Assembly: GCA_951406725.2 (NCBI GenBank)
Contig: OX597820.1
Location: forward strand, 40,672,001 to 40,736,000
Length of the DNA: 64,000 nt
Source: Octopus vulgaris
Lineage: Eukaryota
Direction of reading: 5' to 3'
Of this stretch, positions 52,911 to 64,000 are shown in pieces. The stretch's first letter is position 1; each line of letters starts with the position of its first letter. Position numbers and translations under genes: made by a program. Under the pieces are notes generated by a model. That model ran no database searches, was not told the DNA's origin, and saw only the letters and a list, made by a program, of their open reading frames with translations.

Positions 52911-53412
52911 TGTATATATTCTTATATTCTTTTAATCGTTTCAGGGTGAACACTGTTGCCATTTTCTCTCTACGATTTGACCATTTTCAAAAAGTCCATA
53001 CCATTCGCGTATATATATATATATGTATATGCGTGCGCTTACTTACATTTATGCGTATTCACTAACATAGGGTAACTGCCAACAATTATATGTGTGCGTG
53101 ACTGTAAATATGCAAACTTATGCTTAATAAGTATGCATGTTCGCATTTACGTAATACTACTTGTATGTACCTATGTGTGGTGGTGTTATATATATCGCCA
53201 TGTTGGACCACTGAATTCAACACGTTTTTTCATTCTCTCTCTCTTTATTTCCACTTATTGCTTTCTGACAAAGAGCGTAGGCACGAAACATGAAAGACTT
53301 TTCCATTTTTCCCGAGCGCCATACTATTACACTCGCTTGTTGCTCCTCCACCTGTCGTCGTCTTTGTTATTCTATAGTATTGGACTATATATATGTGTAT
53401 ATATGCATATAC

Positions 53413-53470
<58 letters not shown>

Positions 53471-53589
53471 ATATATATGTATGTGTGTGTATGTGTGTAT
53501 GTATGTATGTATGTATGTATGTATGTATGTATGTATGTATGTATGTATGCATGTATGTATATATGAATACCGCGTATGTACCTTTGGCG

Positions 53590-53772
53590 ATGTTTTCCTC
53601 CGTCTTCCCTTCTTTGGATCTTTCCTTTTCCTATGTTTCTGACGAAAAGCTCCGCTCGAAACTTTAAACCCTCCTTCTTTCCTTCCTTCCTGAGCGTCCA
53701 ATAATACTATATTTGTTCCATGTCCTCGTGTTGTTGCGTTTTCTCTTTGTGTTTTCATGTTTGGATTAACTA
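53590..53772 (+). mobile_element. Penelope-like pseudo-LTR relic with minimal hammerhead (53635-53669)
   Basis: guuu CUGACGA a aagc ucc gcuc GAAA cu UU aaac. Homologous to 55450-55632 and ends in (TA)n. Confidence 0.6.
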
Positions 53773-54868
53773 TATATATATATATATATATATATACCAA
53801 AAAGATGTGTTATAATACTATTCCACAGCCATACCAACAATCCAACATACTTCCATATTCAGCTATTCCACGGGTATCATTATGGTTTTGACACCTGAGC
53901 AGTACCATTCAATCCGACCGTGTCAACAGCAATAAAATAAGTGTTGTTTGGGGACAAATAAACCAAAGAAACCACAACTTTCAGACGCATTTACCCAATG
54001 TACAACCGTATCGATTAATAAATTCCATAAGTAAATTACAACCACTCCTAAATACGTAACTAAACAGCGACAACTCTATTAAGTCATAAAAATTATATTC
54101 CCTACCGTCTTCTGTAGTGTAATATAAAAGTTAAGCTTAATAACTACATTATTTCAATCAATCAATATTCAAGCAGGATTAAACACTAACTTTACTAAAA
54201 CTACAACAAGAGACATTTATACCAATGTACATTGTATCGGTATTTTTAGCAAATTGTGATCCATCTTCAAGTCCATATAAATAATAATCCCACCGGGCTT
54301 CCATAGATACTACTATAATGAAAATTCAAACCTTATAAAATTTTTTCCAAAACAAAACATGGTTGAAATTAATTCAATTAATATTTTTATGAGTAAAATA
54401 CATTATTTCATCATTTAAAAGTTAATAATAAAACACTACATACTTATTAATATATCAGCACCACAAATTATAATAATAATTTACCACATATATATATATG
54501 CTCATACTTACGTATATTTTTATGTGTTTACGTGTGTATACTCAGCTGCGTAAATTTATGTCTGTTGTATGTGTATGTGTGTGCGTGTTTGTGAGTGTGT
54601 GTGCGTGTGTGCTTGTGTCTGTGTGTATGTGCGGTAATTACGTACGTGTGCCTGAATATGAATGGTGGAATGACATGCTTTAACATTTGATATTTAGGCA
54701 AGCCTTCTTATATACAGTTACCAACCATGATATGTGCTTATATTCGCATAATATACTTACATATAAACATATGCTGTTTGCTATTTCTTTCAATGATTTC
54801 TTATTTTTATACATGTTCCTACAAATCACTAAATAGCATTGATTAATATATCTATTCATATGTATATA

Positions 54869-55352
54869 TACGAAGACGTATCAAAAGGTTCTCGGAGTAG
54901 TGATGTTTATTAACATATAAATTATTTACCTAAGTTTTAACATCATCTCCTTCGAAATAGTCACTTTGCGCAGTAATACACCGGTCTCAGCGTTAATGTC
55001 AACTTGGGAGGTAGACTTGGAAGTTGTTTTCCCTAAGCGAGTCGAGAACCTTCTGCAATTCGCTCTTGATCTCGACAGTCTCGACAACTGTGTTAAAACG
55101 GCAACATTTAGCCTGCATTTTCATCTAGGTACAGAGATGAAAGTCGGCAGCTGCTAAATCTGACGAGTAGGGTGGGTGCGTAAGCGATACCATACTATTT
55201 TTAGCTAGAAACTGACGATTGAGAAGCACTTGCTGAAGAATCTAATTCTTTCCGCTCCACAGATCCGGTTGCTGTTGCCGAATGTCCTCTCTCAAACAAT
55301 TCAAAACGTCGCAGTAGAACTCTCGATTGATGGTCTGGCCCAGAGGAACGAA

Positions 55353-55357
<5 letters not shown>
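54869..55357 (-). mobile_element. Mariner 3' half, decayed
   Basis: Minus strand EFVPLGQTINREFYCDVLNCLREDIRQQQPDLW..FLAKNSMVSLTHPPYSSDLAAADFHL. TIR-like TA-CGAAGACGTATCAAAAGGTT. Confidence 0.85.
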
Positions 55358-55429
<72 letters not shown>

Positions 55430-55449
55430 AACAACATGTGAATCGCTCA

Positions 55450-55632
55450 CGATTTTCTTCTTCCGTTTTCCTTTCTATTGGACTTTTCTCTGTTTCTGAA
55501 GAAAAGCGTTGCTCGAAACGTTAAACCAACTTTGTTTCCTTCTCTGAGCATCTGCTAATACCTTACCTGTACCATGTCCTTGTATTGGTGTGTTTTTCTT
55601 GTGTTTGTTCTTCTTTTTGGGATTTTACTATA
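55450..55632 (+). mobile_element. Penelope-like pseudo-LTR relic with minimal hammerhead (55492-55526)
   Basis: guuu CUGAAGA a aagc guu gcuc GAAA cg UU aaac, with palindromic stem III AACGUU. Confidence 0.65.
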
Positions 55633-55642
55633 TATCTTCTTT

Positions 55643-55714
<72 letters not shown>

Positions 55715-55924
55715 GATGTTTGTAAAATAGAACGGAATCCTATTAAACGGTTAATTTCCCCTGACTATCCATGGAAGAAAACTCTTAAACATGACCTTAG
55801 CAGCTCACTACACAGCCAGTAATAATGTTTTTCTTTCTAATTAAATGAATCCCAGTAGTATAATTATGTATACAAGCATATATACCCGGCCATCCTCGGG
55901 ATTAAAATGGCATAGATTTTTATT

Positions 55925-56207
55925 GTTTTACATGTTTCAGTCATGTGACTGCGGCCATAAGGGAGCGCCGCCGTTGGTCGAAGAAATCAGCCACAGGATA
56001 TATTCTTTGTATGCCTAGTACTGATTCTGTCATTGTCTTTTACCAAACCGCTAAGTTACGGGAATGTAAACATAGCAACATCAGTTGTCAAGCAATGGTG
56101 GGGGTACAAACACAAGACACGCACACACATACATATATTTACGAGTCCTCTTTCAGTTTCCGAGAAGGAAATCCACTCACAATGTTTTGGTCAGCCTGAG
56201 GCTATAA
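55925..56207 (-). mobile_element. Degenerate family B SINE
   Basis: TTTCAGTCATGTGACTGCGGCCAT..AAACCGCTAAGTTACGGG..AAATCCACTCACAA..GAGGCTATA. Confidence 0.8.
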
Positions 56208-56210
56208 TAA

Positions 56211-56285
<75 letters not shown>

Positions 56286-57018
56286 GTAGCTTACATACCC
56301 GGTAATTCCCGGGAGAGCGGGCTTATCCCTTGGTTCCGTTCTCATAATTGTTTCGCTAATCCAGTAACAACAATATAAAGTAGCCCCGAAAAGGGCTTTA
56401 ATACGTTCCCAGAGTATATAGATTTTAGGAGGAGATACTACTAATAAGGTATGTATACTAACATTGTGAAACATGTTACATAATAACAGGCTAACCAGAT
56501 ATGAGATAATAACAATTCAAAGTAATTAACTGTGAAAAAGCTTTTGTACGTTCCCAGAGAATATTACCCTCAGCAGCGCTAGTATTGATATATTCGTGAA
56601 TAAGTCACTAACCGAAATAAGTGGATCTATTGTTAAGGAGAATACTATTTACTTGTCTAAGCGTTGTATTGGATAAATTGGGAACATAACTAAAATAGTT
56701 AAAATACTAAGAAATAAAGCATACTGAAAATAAATGGGTTATTTCCCTTGGTGGTTATTTCAAGGAGTGAATGGTTTATTTCCCTTGAAAGCTTAAAAAT
56801 AAATACTCCCACCGTTTACTCGCGCCCAAATGTTATTCCTCCCGCTGTTTACCCGAACATTTTTTCGAAATCAATTTATACTTAAAACCTCCCCCACAGA
56901 CACATAAGCAATGTACGTGTGAAGTTTAAGAAAAATCGGTCGAGCCGTTTTGGCGCAAAACGAGGACATACCAATGCACACACAGACAAACAGAAATTTT
57001 CAGTTTTAATATGTAAGA
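56286..57018 (-). mobile_element. Non-autonomous Helitron
   Basis: The minus strand starts A|TCTTACATATTAAAACTG and ends with the hairpin CCCGGGAATTACCGGG followed by CTAC (CTAG variant)|T. Confidence 0.75.
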
Positions 57019-58325
57019 TTTAGGCCGTTTTATTTTTGAAATATACGAAACAATCTCTCAATGAACTTGGTATTTAATCTCATATATATTCTCTAATGCG
57101 CTCTCTCTTACAACCAAATGTTTAGAATGTTCAATACCTTAAAAGGAGTAGAGGTTTTAATGAAAGTCAAACATTATATTTTCCAGAAATAAAATCTCAT
57201 CTCTCATAAAGATCCACAGAATGCAGTATATCTTAAATTCTTTTGATCTTAATTTTAAATCAGAGCCTATTAACAAAGTTGTTTCTAAAACTGACCTAGT
57301 TCACCGAATTTTCATTGTAAGCAGTTAACCTCTTCAGCCTTCTCGCATTCGAGAATAAGTTGACTCCGTGCACCTTTTAATGTCTCTGTAGTCGCTCACT
57401 TTACCGGATGGTTTGCATCTCTTTCTGCACTCCAAACAACTAATAGTTTACGCAGTTTCTTCATTTCGTTCAAGTAATAGCCAAATATGCTCGGCATTAT
57501 AAAATATGTTATCCAAAATCATTTTGGATAATATATTTATAGGAGAACAACCTTCAAAGGAATATAAATTATTTCATCATTCATCATATCGGATCAGAGA
57601 TTACAAGTCGTAAACGTTAAAAATGGAACGTGTTACTAATATAGTATTCATTTGTATGCATTTATCTAACGATTAGCATGCGGAAGAAACAAGTCGATTC
57701 ACCCACATTCTACATAGTGAGCTTATGCACACACACATCTTCAAGAAAAGACAAGAAGGATCCAGGCCATGTGAACGCAGTACAAAATAAGAGAATACAG
57801 TAGCTCTTTCTAATCGCGACTCAGTGCCGGCTGGCACTGATTTTCTATATATCGCTAGCGAAGAGATGAACCGCTGCACTCTAGCGATTGAGCGTACATA
57901 AGCGATGAGATCAAAGATGACCGAAATCACGTGATATGGTGGTCATGGTGCTGGAGTTAGTGCAGAGTTATCTCACGGAGTGCGATATAAACGAACAAGC
58001 GTGCATTCCGCACCAAAAGGCTATATGAGAGTTTTTCTCGTGGTAAATACTGCAGTGAAGTCTGTTCCAACAGAACATCCAGGTTCAAGTGGGGATGAAT
58101 TATTACTTCTTAGTGGTAATACTGCCTCTGTCGCTAATATACATATATTTTTACGCTGCGAAACATTCTTATAACGTATGGGTCAAGAATGTAGTATGAC
58201 GACAAAAAGGAAAAAGCACTAAATGTACGTAAAGTATGAGCTCAGATACACTTTGTAGAAGCATATATAAAATTTAATATAACTAATTAGATATATTAAA
58301 TATATCAGTTTGGGTATTAAATACA

Positions 58326-58402
<77 letters not shown>

Positions 58403-59809
58403 GTGTGTGTGTATGTATGTATGTATGTATGCATAGATGCAAAACGAGAGAAAGGAAGAAATGTAGACTTTCAGATGAAACACCTTACACAGAGTACAAA
58501 CAACGAAGAAAATTAATAGGGAAGAAGAGCATTTAATATATCTGATTTGCTTATCAGCATAATTGCCTCTATATCTGCTCAATTTGATCCCTGTTATAGC
58601 CATTCTTTACTCCGTATAATTGATCCCCTGTAAAGTCTGAGTTTGAATAATTTGAGTATTACTAAGTGTCTTCTATACAGAGAAACTCCGGATCTCGTCT
58701 GTAGACAACATATATGAATTTCGGTTGTTTGTATGTATGTGTGAACGTATGTATATGCCAATCCAAGAGCTGACAATTTGTAAAGAAATTACAGAATTCG
58801 AAGAATTACAGAATTAAATAATTCGAAGATAGTTTTCAGAGTGAACAAATATTTAATCCATAATCGTTGGTTCGATAGTACATATTTTGTTTTGCCTATG
58901 GCTTTTCGGGAACAAAACAAAGGATGTTGGGCTAAGTTCACGATCAAAACTATTAGCTTGACATTTAGAGAAATGGAAAGAGAAAATTATGTCTTATCAA
59001 CTGTATCTTTATATCGTAATAGTAGAGTAGCATAAAACGAGCAAAGAAAACACGAAGAAAATTTTTTTTTCTTAAATCAAATAAAAGATGTAGTTGAGGC
59101 GAATATCCTCATGTGAAGTTTAGATTCAGACAGCAAGATAGAGAGAGGAAAAAATAGCTGAGAGAGAAAGATAGAGAAAGTATGTGAGGGTAAGACAGAG
59201 AGTACGTGCGTATTTATTCGTGGTTAAATAGGTGTTGAGTATATTAATTAATTTGATAGTAATCTGTTTATATCTTCGAGCAACACGTCGAATCAGTGAA
59301 ATCAGAAGCCACGATTAATTATGTTAATAAAGTTGGGGGCGGTGGGGTGTTTCACATTCATATTTCCAAAGAATATGTTGATACACAACTTCCCAAATGT
59401 TAACTCCAAATTACATTAGATTTCATACAGCCATACATACGTACATATATTTGTTATGGCGTATGCTTACAAATATTTACATATACTAATGTGTATACAA
59501 TACAAACACACACACACATATGCTTTCGCATTTCCAGTATAACGCCATTATGCATCCATGTGTGTACTAGTCTTCTCTGAAGAGACGAGTGTCGTAAAGC
59601 TGGCCGATTTATAGGAAGGCACCAGTATATATTCTGTTACAGAGAATTTATCCTTTTTGTAGTTCATTCCGATCGTTGCCCCAAATATGCACACACACAG
59701 ACAGACAGACAGACACACACACACACACACACTCACACTCACACACACACATACACGCGCAAACGTACATGCACGCACATACAGACTCAGACTTGTGTGC
59801 GTATACATA

Positions 59810-59848
59810 TATATAGATAGATATAGATAGATAGATAGATAGATAGAT

Positions 59849-59933
<85 letters not shown>
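59810..59933. repeat. (GATA)n array
   Basis: Directly visible. Confidence 0.95.
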
Positions 59934-59934
<1 letters not shown>

Positions 59935-60147
59935 GTATCCTCCTTATTCTCTTGGAGATTTTAGGTAAAAGTATATTAATGTGTCCTAATTTAATTAAAT
60001 TCTATATCTTTGTGTAGCTGAAGATCGCTCTACATTTTAAATTGATGTAATGAAATGATTGCACTGTTCAATTAAATGGAGACACATGAAACGATCGTAC
60101 TGCATTACCTCTGGATTTCCTTGTCGCTTATTTTGATTGATATATAT

Positions 60148-60656
60148 CATCAGGAGGCGTTCGATGCTTCCTAAGGCTATACAGCGGTGGTGTACCCCCT
60201 ACTGTCACGTTCTTGTTAGATTGACAGTATACAACCAGTCTATCGCCCCACCACCGTACATGTCTCTACGAGAGATTTAGAAATTCAATATTTCTTATTT
60301 TGATAATCAGTGAATAGACTTCACTGAATATAGATATATACAAATACGAAGTCGAGACAAATATCACCGGTTGACCGGTGTCTGCTACTCTAGGCCGATG
60401 AAGGACAACGATCCTGAAACACGTGTCCCTAGATGCAGTTTCGGCAGCCGGGGGTGTTTGTCTCCCCTTCGTAAATGTATATAAGGACACAGGGAAAAAT
60501 GTGTCAAAGCCATCAGGAGGCGTTCGATGCTTCCTAGGGCTATACAGCGGTGGTGTACCCCCTACTGTCACGTCCTTGTTAGATTGACAGTATACAACCA
60601 TTCTATCGCCCCACCACCGTACATGTCTCTACGAGAGATTTAGAAATTCAATATTT

Positions 60657-60661
<5 letters not shown>
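60148..60661 (+). mobile_element. Retrozyme-like / non-autonomous Penelope unit: 1.4 copies of a 363-bp monomer in (TA)n
   Basis: 151-bp direct repeats 60148-60298 and 60511-60661 (3 mismatches), hammerhead in the unique part, no credible ORF. Confidence 0.75.
60389..60433 (+). ncRNA. Minimal type I hammerhead ribozyme (U4C variant)
   Basis: ucuagg CCGAUGA agga caacga uccu GAAA cacgug UC ccuaga. All three stems perfect, GUC triplet. Confidence 0.8.
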
Positions 60662-60741
<80 letters not shown>

Positions 60742-61089
60742 TAAATGATTGATAAGCATATGCTGTCTCTCTTTCTCTTCCTTCAGCAGGTACATCGTTG
60801 ATGTTCGATCAATTTGGATGTTTATGACTCCTCACGAGTAAGTATACGTTTAAAATAACAGATGAAAGATGGTACTAACTACCAAGATATGTACGCATAT
60901 CTATGTATTTATTGGATTAGACATGCATGTGACAAGTTAATTATTTTTGTTCTGCTATACAGAAAAGCAAATCCTCCTTAACCCCTTACCAACACTGTCG
61001 TTTTTCACTCACTATGCTGCTTTATGTCACTAGATGCACTTTGCATTTATTTAACTAGCTACTTCATCTCATCTCCCCCTCTTCCCTTA

Positions 61090-61375
61090 GCATGGTTTAT
61101 TGGTTAGTAGTGTATTGCACTCACGATCGCGAGATCGTGGTTTCAATTCTTAGACCGGCTGGTGCATTGTGTTCATGAGCAAAGCACTTCAGCTCTCGTT
61201 GCTCTGCAATCACTTCGACACCTGACGCATAGAACCCGTTCAGCCATCGTCAATTTAATGGAGGGACTGAGCTAATGTACAGCATATACACTTGGTCACC
61301 ATAAACAAATCATTTGTGTAGGTCGTACGGCAAAACCTAAACACTCATACGCCGTCTTGAACGGGAGAATCCATC
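61090..61375 (+). mobile_element. Degenerate tRNA-derived SINE (CORE-like)
   Basis: GCATGGTTTATTGGTTAG..CACGATCGCGAGATCGTGGTTTCAATTC..GTGTTCATGAGCAAAGCACTT..GTTGCTC. Confidence 0.65.
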
Positions 61376-62711
61376 ATACGCTATATGCTTATAGTTGATT
61401 TGCATTTCAACCCTGTCTGAAAAATGCGGTCGTTAGTTAATATGCTCTATTGTACTCTATAAAGCATATTTCAAAATTTGTAGTTATTTGTAGTTATTCA
61501 CCGATCGTGATTATCGAGTTCAGAAGTATTTGTAACGTATTAAATGAAAGAAATACCAACTTCATGCTCCAAGTTATTTTTCTTGTACCAAATGTGCTCT
61601 GCATTCGCAGTATGCTTCTCTATAGGGTTATGTTGCAGAGGGAGTTTTACTGCATACCATCAAAATCCGCAACCAATGCGGTATTTTACCGCACACTTAG
61701 CGCATCTATTTCTAGTTATGATATATGTTAGCTGTGCTCACATGTGTCTGTCTGTATGCACGCGTCTGTGTGGCATACAGATGATATACATCTAGATGCT
61801 TCAAGTGAGTTACCTAGTCTTTTTTCAGCTGCACTTGAATTACAGTTTTTACTCTGTTCATCTATGTTCTGTAATTTTCCACTATTTTCCGTTGTGCACA
61901 GTAATTAAAACTGTTTCTTCAGAGGACCAAACGTAGCTGGAAAACTTAGCCTGATGCTATCCTAGGATGATCTTGAATTTAGATAGGTGATTGACAGAGT
62001 ATTTCTTTAATCATTCCTACATATCAATTGGAGGTCTTTCATAGGCTATGCTTGAACTGTTCGACTGCTGCTTGGTAGATAACAGCTTTTGTTTATATGA
62101 ATCATTAGATAATTTACGTGTTTTTCAATCAATGCAATCGCCGATGTTTTACAGAAACAACTTTCTTCAGAAAAGCTTGTGTATCTCTGATATGCTATTT
62201 TGCGAGACCTGATGTGAAAATGTAATTCATATTAGGCACCTGTTCAACAAATCATATTTATTTATGTATTCCATTTTATCGCATATTCTTTACATTTTCG
62301 TTTTCTGAACATTCATATTAACGGCTTCATGTGTCACGGAGGCGTGAAACTTACGGAGGCGTTACGAAATTTGAACTTATAGCTTCATAGATATATTTTT
62401 GTCAATTCAGTTTCAATATCGAGTACTTCCGTATTTTCTGCTTTTCTGTAAGTTCTCGCACGCACGCGTGCACACACACACACACACGTACGTGCACACA
62501 CACACGTACGTGCACACACACACACACATGCATGCATACAGATACTTGCATGCTTGTGTGTATGTGTGTGTGTGTGTGTGTGTGTGCATTGTTTCCCATG
62601 TTTTGCGTACTTTTAGAAATATGATTGAGATTTTTAGTATGCTGATATATATTCACTGGATTGCCATTAACGCTAGTGTCAGTATTGGTACTAGTATTGA
62701 AGGTGAGGTTT

Positions 62712-62737
62712 GCAGTAGCAGCAACAGCAACAGTAGC

Positions 62738-62802
<65 letters not shown>
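62712..62802. repeat. (AGT)n/(AGC)n repeat
   Basis: Directly visible. Confidence 0.95.
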
Positions 62803-64000
62803 ACTGACACAGTATATACTATCATTCTTGTTTTGCTAATTGTAGTGGTCTGTGAGGATGATGGAATCATTAAGACATGGTTTAATGATGGTCCTGTCAA
62901 CACTTGTATTTTTAGTATTGGTGGCTGTAATAATCGTGATGTTGTTGTCGTTGTGGTCATTACTGATGGTAGCAGTAATTGCTGCATCTCAGGTAGAGCT
63001 ACTGATAAGTTTGCCAATATTTGTGTTATATCTGTTCTCAAGTGGCTGCTGTATGCTCAAAGCTTCTTCTCTGCATATGTTTTCCATAATGGCAGGTTAT
63101 TTCTAAACGGCCTTTGCTGCCTACAGAAGGAATGTGTTTTACAGTGCATGCTATTTGTTTTGATAGAATATTGGTCAGTATTGCAAACGCTTGATTCCGC
63201 TTCGTATCAGCTGTTACATTTTATTACAGCTGTATTTACATATATAACATTAATCGGAGCTTGATAAAACCGTTTATGAGATATAAAATGGGAAAAAGTC
63301 TTTAGTTGTAGTGCGAGGATGTTGTGTGTGGTAGTTGTATCGTGGTGCTGGCTGATTGGCGCTACAAGTAAGAAAAGTGAATGTAGTTCAGGATATTAAT
63401 TTTAAACATAGAAACGAAAAGAGACATTATGGAGGCTTGGACATTTTACGCTTAATATAACTTAGCCAGAGGAAAGTAAGCACCTCTCTTCTTTTCACCT
63501 AGAAAAGTGGGAATATGGTTGTAACTTATCTTGAAGTCGACAACTTGTCTCCAATGCTTGCAAAATAGTAGATTCCGCTAAAGTCACATCAAATATGGGT
63601 GCTGGTGCTAAAGAATGGTATGTATTAAGTCTACTATTAAATCGATCAAAGTACATCTCTGCTACGTATTTTTATTGGCTTTGATGTGATAGATTGCAAA
63701 GTTGACATTGAAACTCGGGGCACAGATCAAGTTCTATTTTCGATTGCTAATTGAATAACCATCACTCAACTTATGCATCAAATATGCAGGAGAAAGAATA
63801 AATGAGCTGAAATTTCACCCTCTCGGCTTTTACAAATGTAACACAAATATGTTTGTTAGCATTTAGGTAAGTCTAAGTTAACAACCACTATGTAAACTTC
63901 AGAAAAATCACAAAGTCACAACATTCCATTGTTAACCTCTACAAATTTCAGTCCATGTGTCTAACCAAAAGAATTCCTTGATATTCCGATTGCACAAATG

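Noticed and set aside
59570-59615. CTGAAGA gac gagt gtc GTAAA hammerhead-like string
   Set aside because: GAAA is disrupted and there is no stem III, NUH or stem I closure.
60428-60522. Possible antisense hammerhead in the 363-bp unit (minus strand CCUC CUGAUGG...GCC GAAA CUGCA UC UAGG), which would make it viroid-like
   Set aside because: A9 is missing, stem I has mismatches and stem II is undefined. It is worth rechecking only on a family consensus.

Overview
AT-rich, microsatellite-saturated, gene-poor eukaryotic DNA, intergenic or deep intronic. The SINE families and repeat landscape suggest an octopus or other coleoid cephalopod (inference). No host exon could be supported. The window is a transposon graveyard: a young RTE LINE 3' half with an unbroken ORF (1-1503), older RTE, Tx1/L1 and R4/Dong LINE remnants, an hAT (Buster/Charlie) relic, five mariner relics plus MITEs, two non-autonomous Helitrons, about 15 tRNA-derived SINEs and two Penelope GIY-YIG remnants. 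The main hidden signal, invisible in the ORF track, is a dense set of about 14 minimal type I hammerhead-ribozyme motifs on both strands, mostly beside (TA)n tracts, with (near-)palindromic stem III. They include one fully canonical copy (29941-30033), a compensatory G3:C8 core variant (30264-30313, minus strand), recurrent U4C variants, and a 363-bp circularly permuted retrozyme-like unit with 98%-identical terminal repeats (60148-60661). All calls were made by eye, with no alignments or folding run, and coordinates of decayed elements are approximate.
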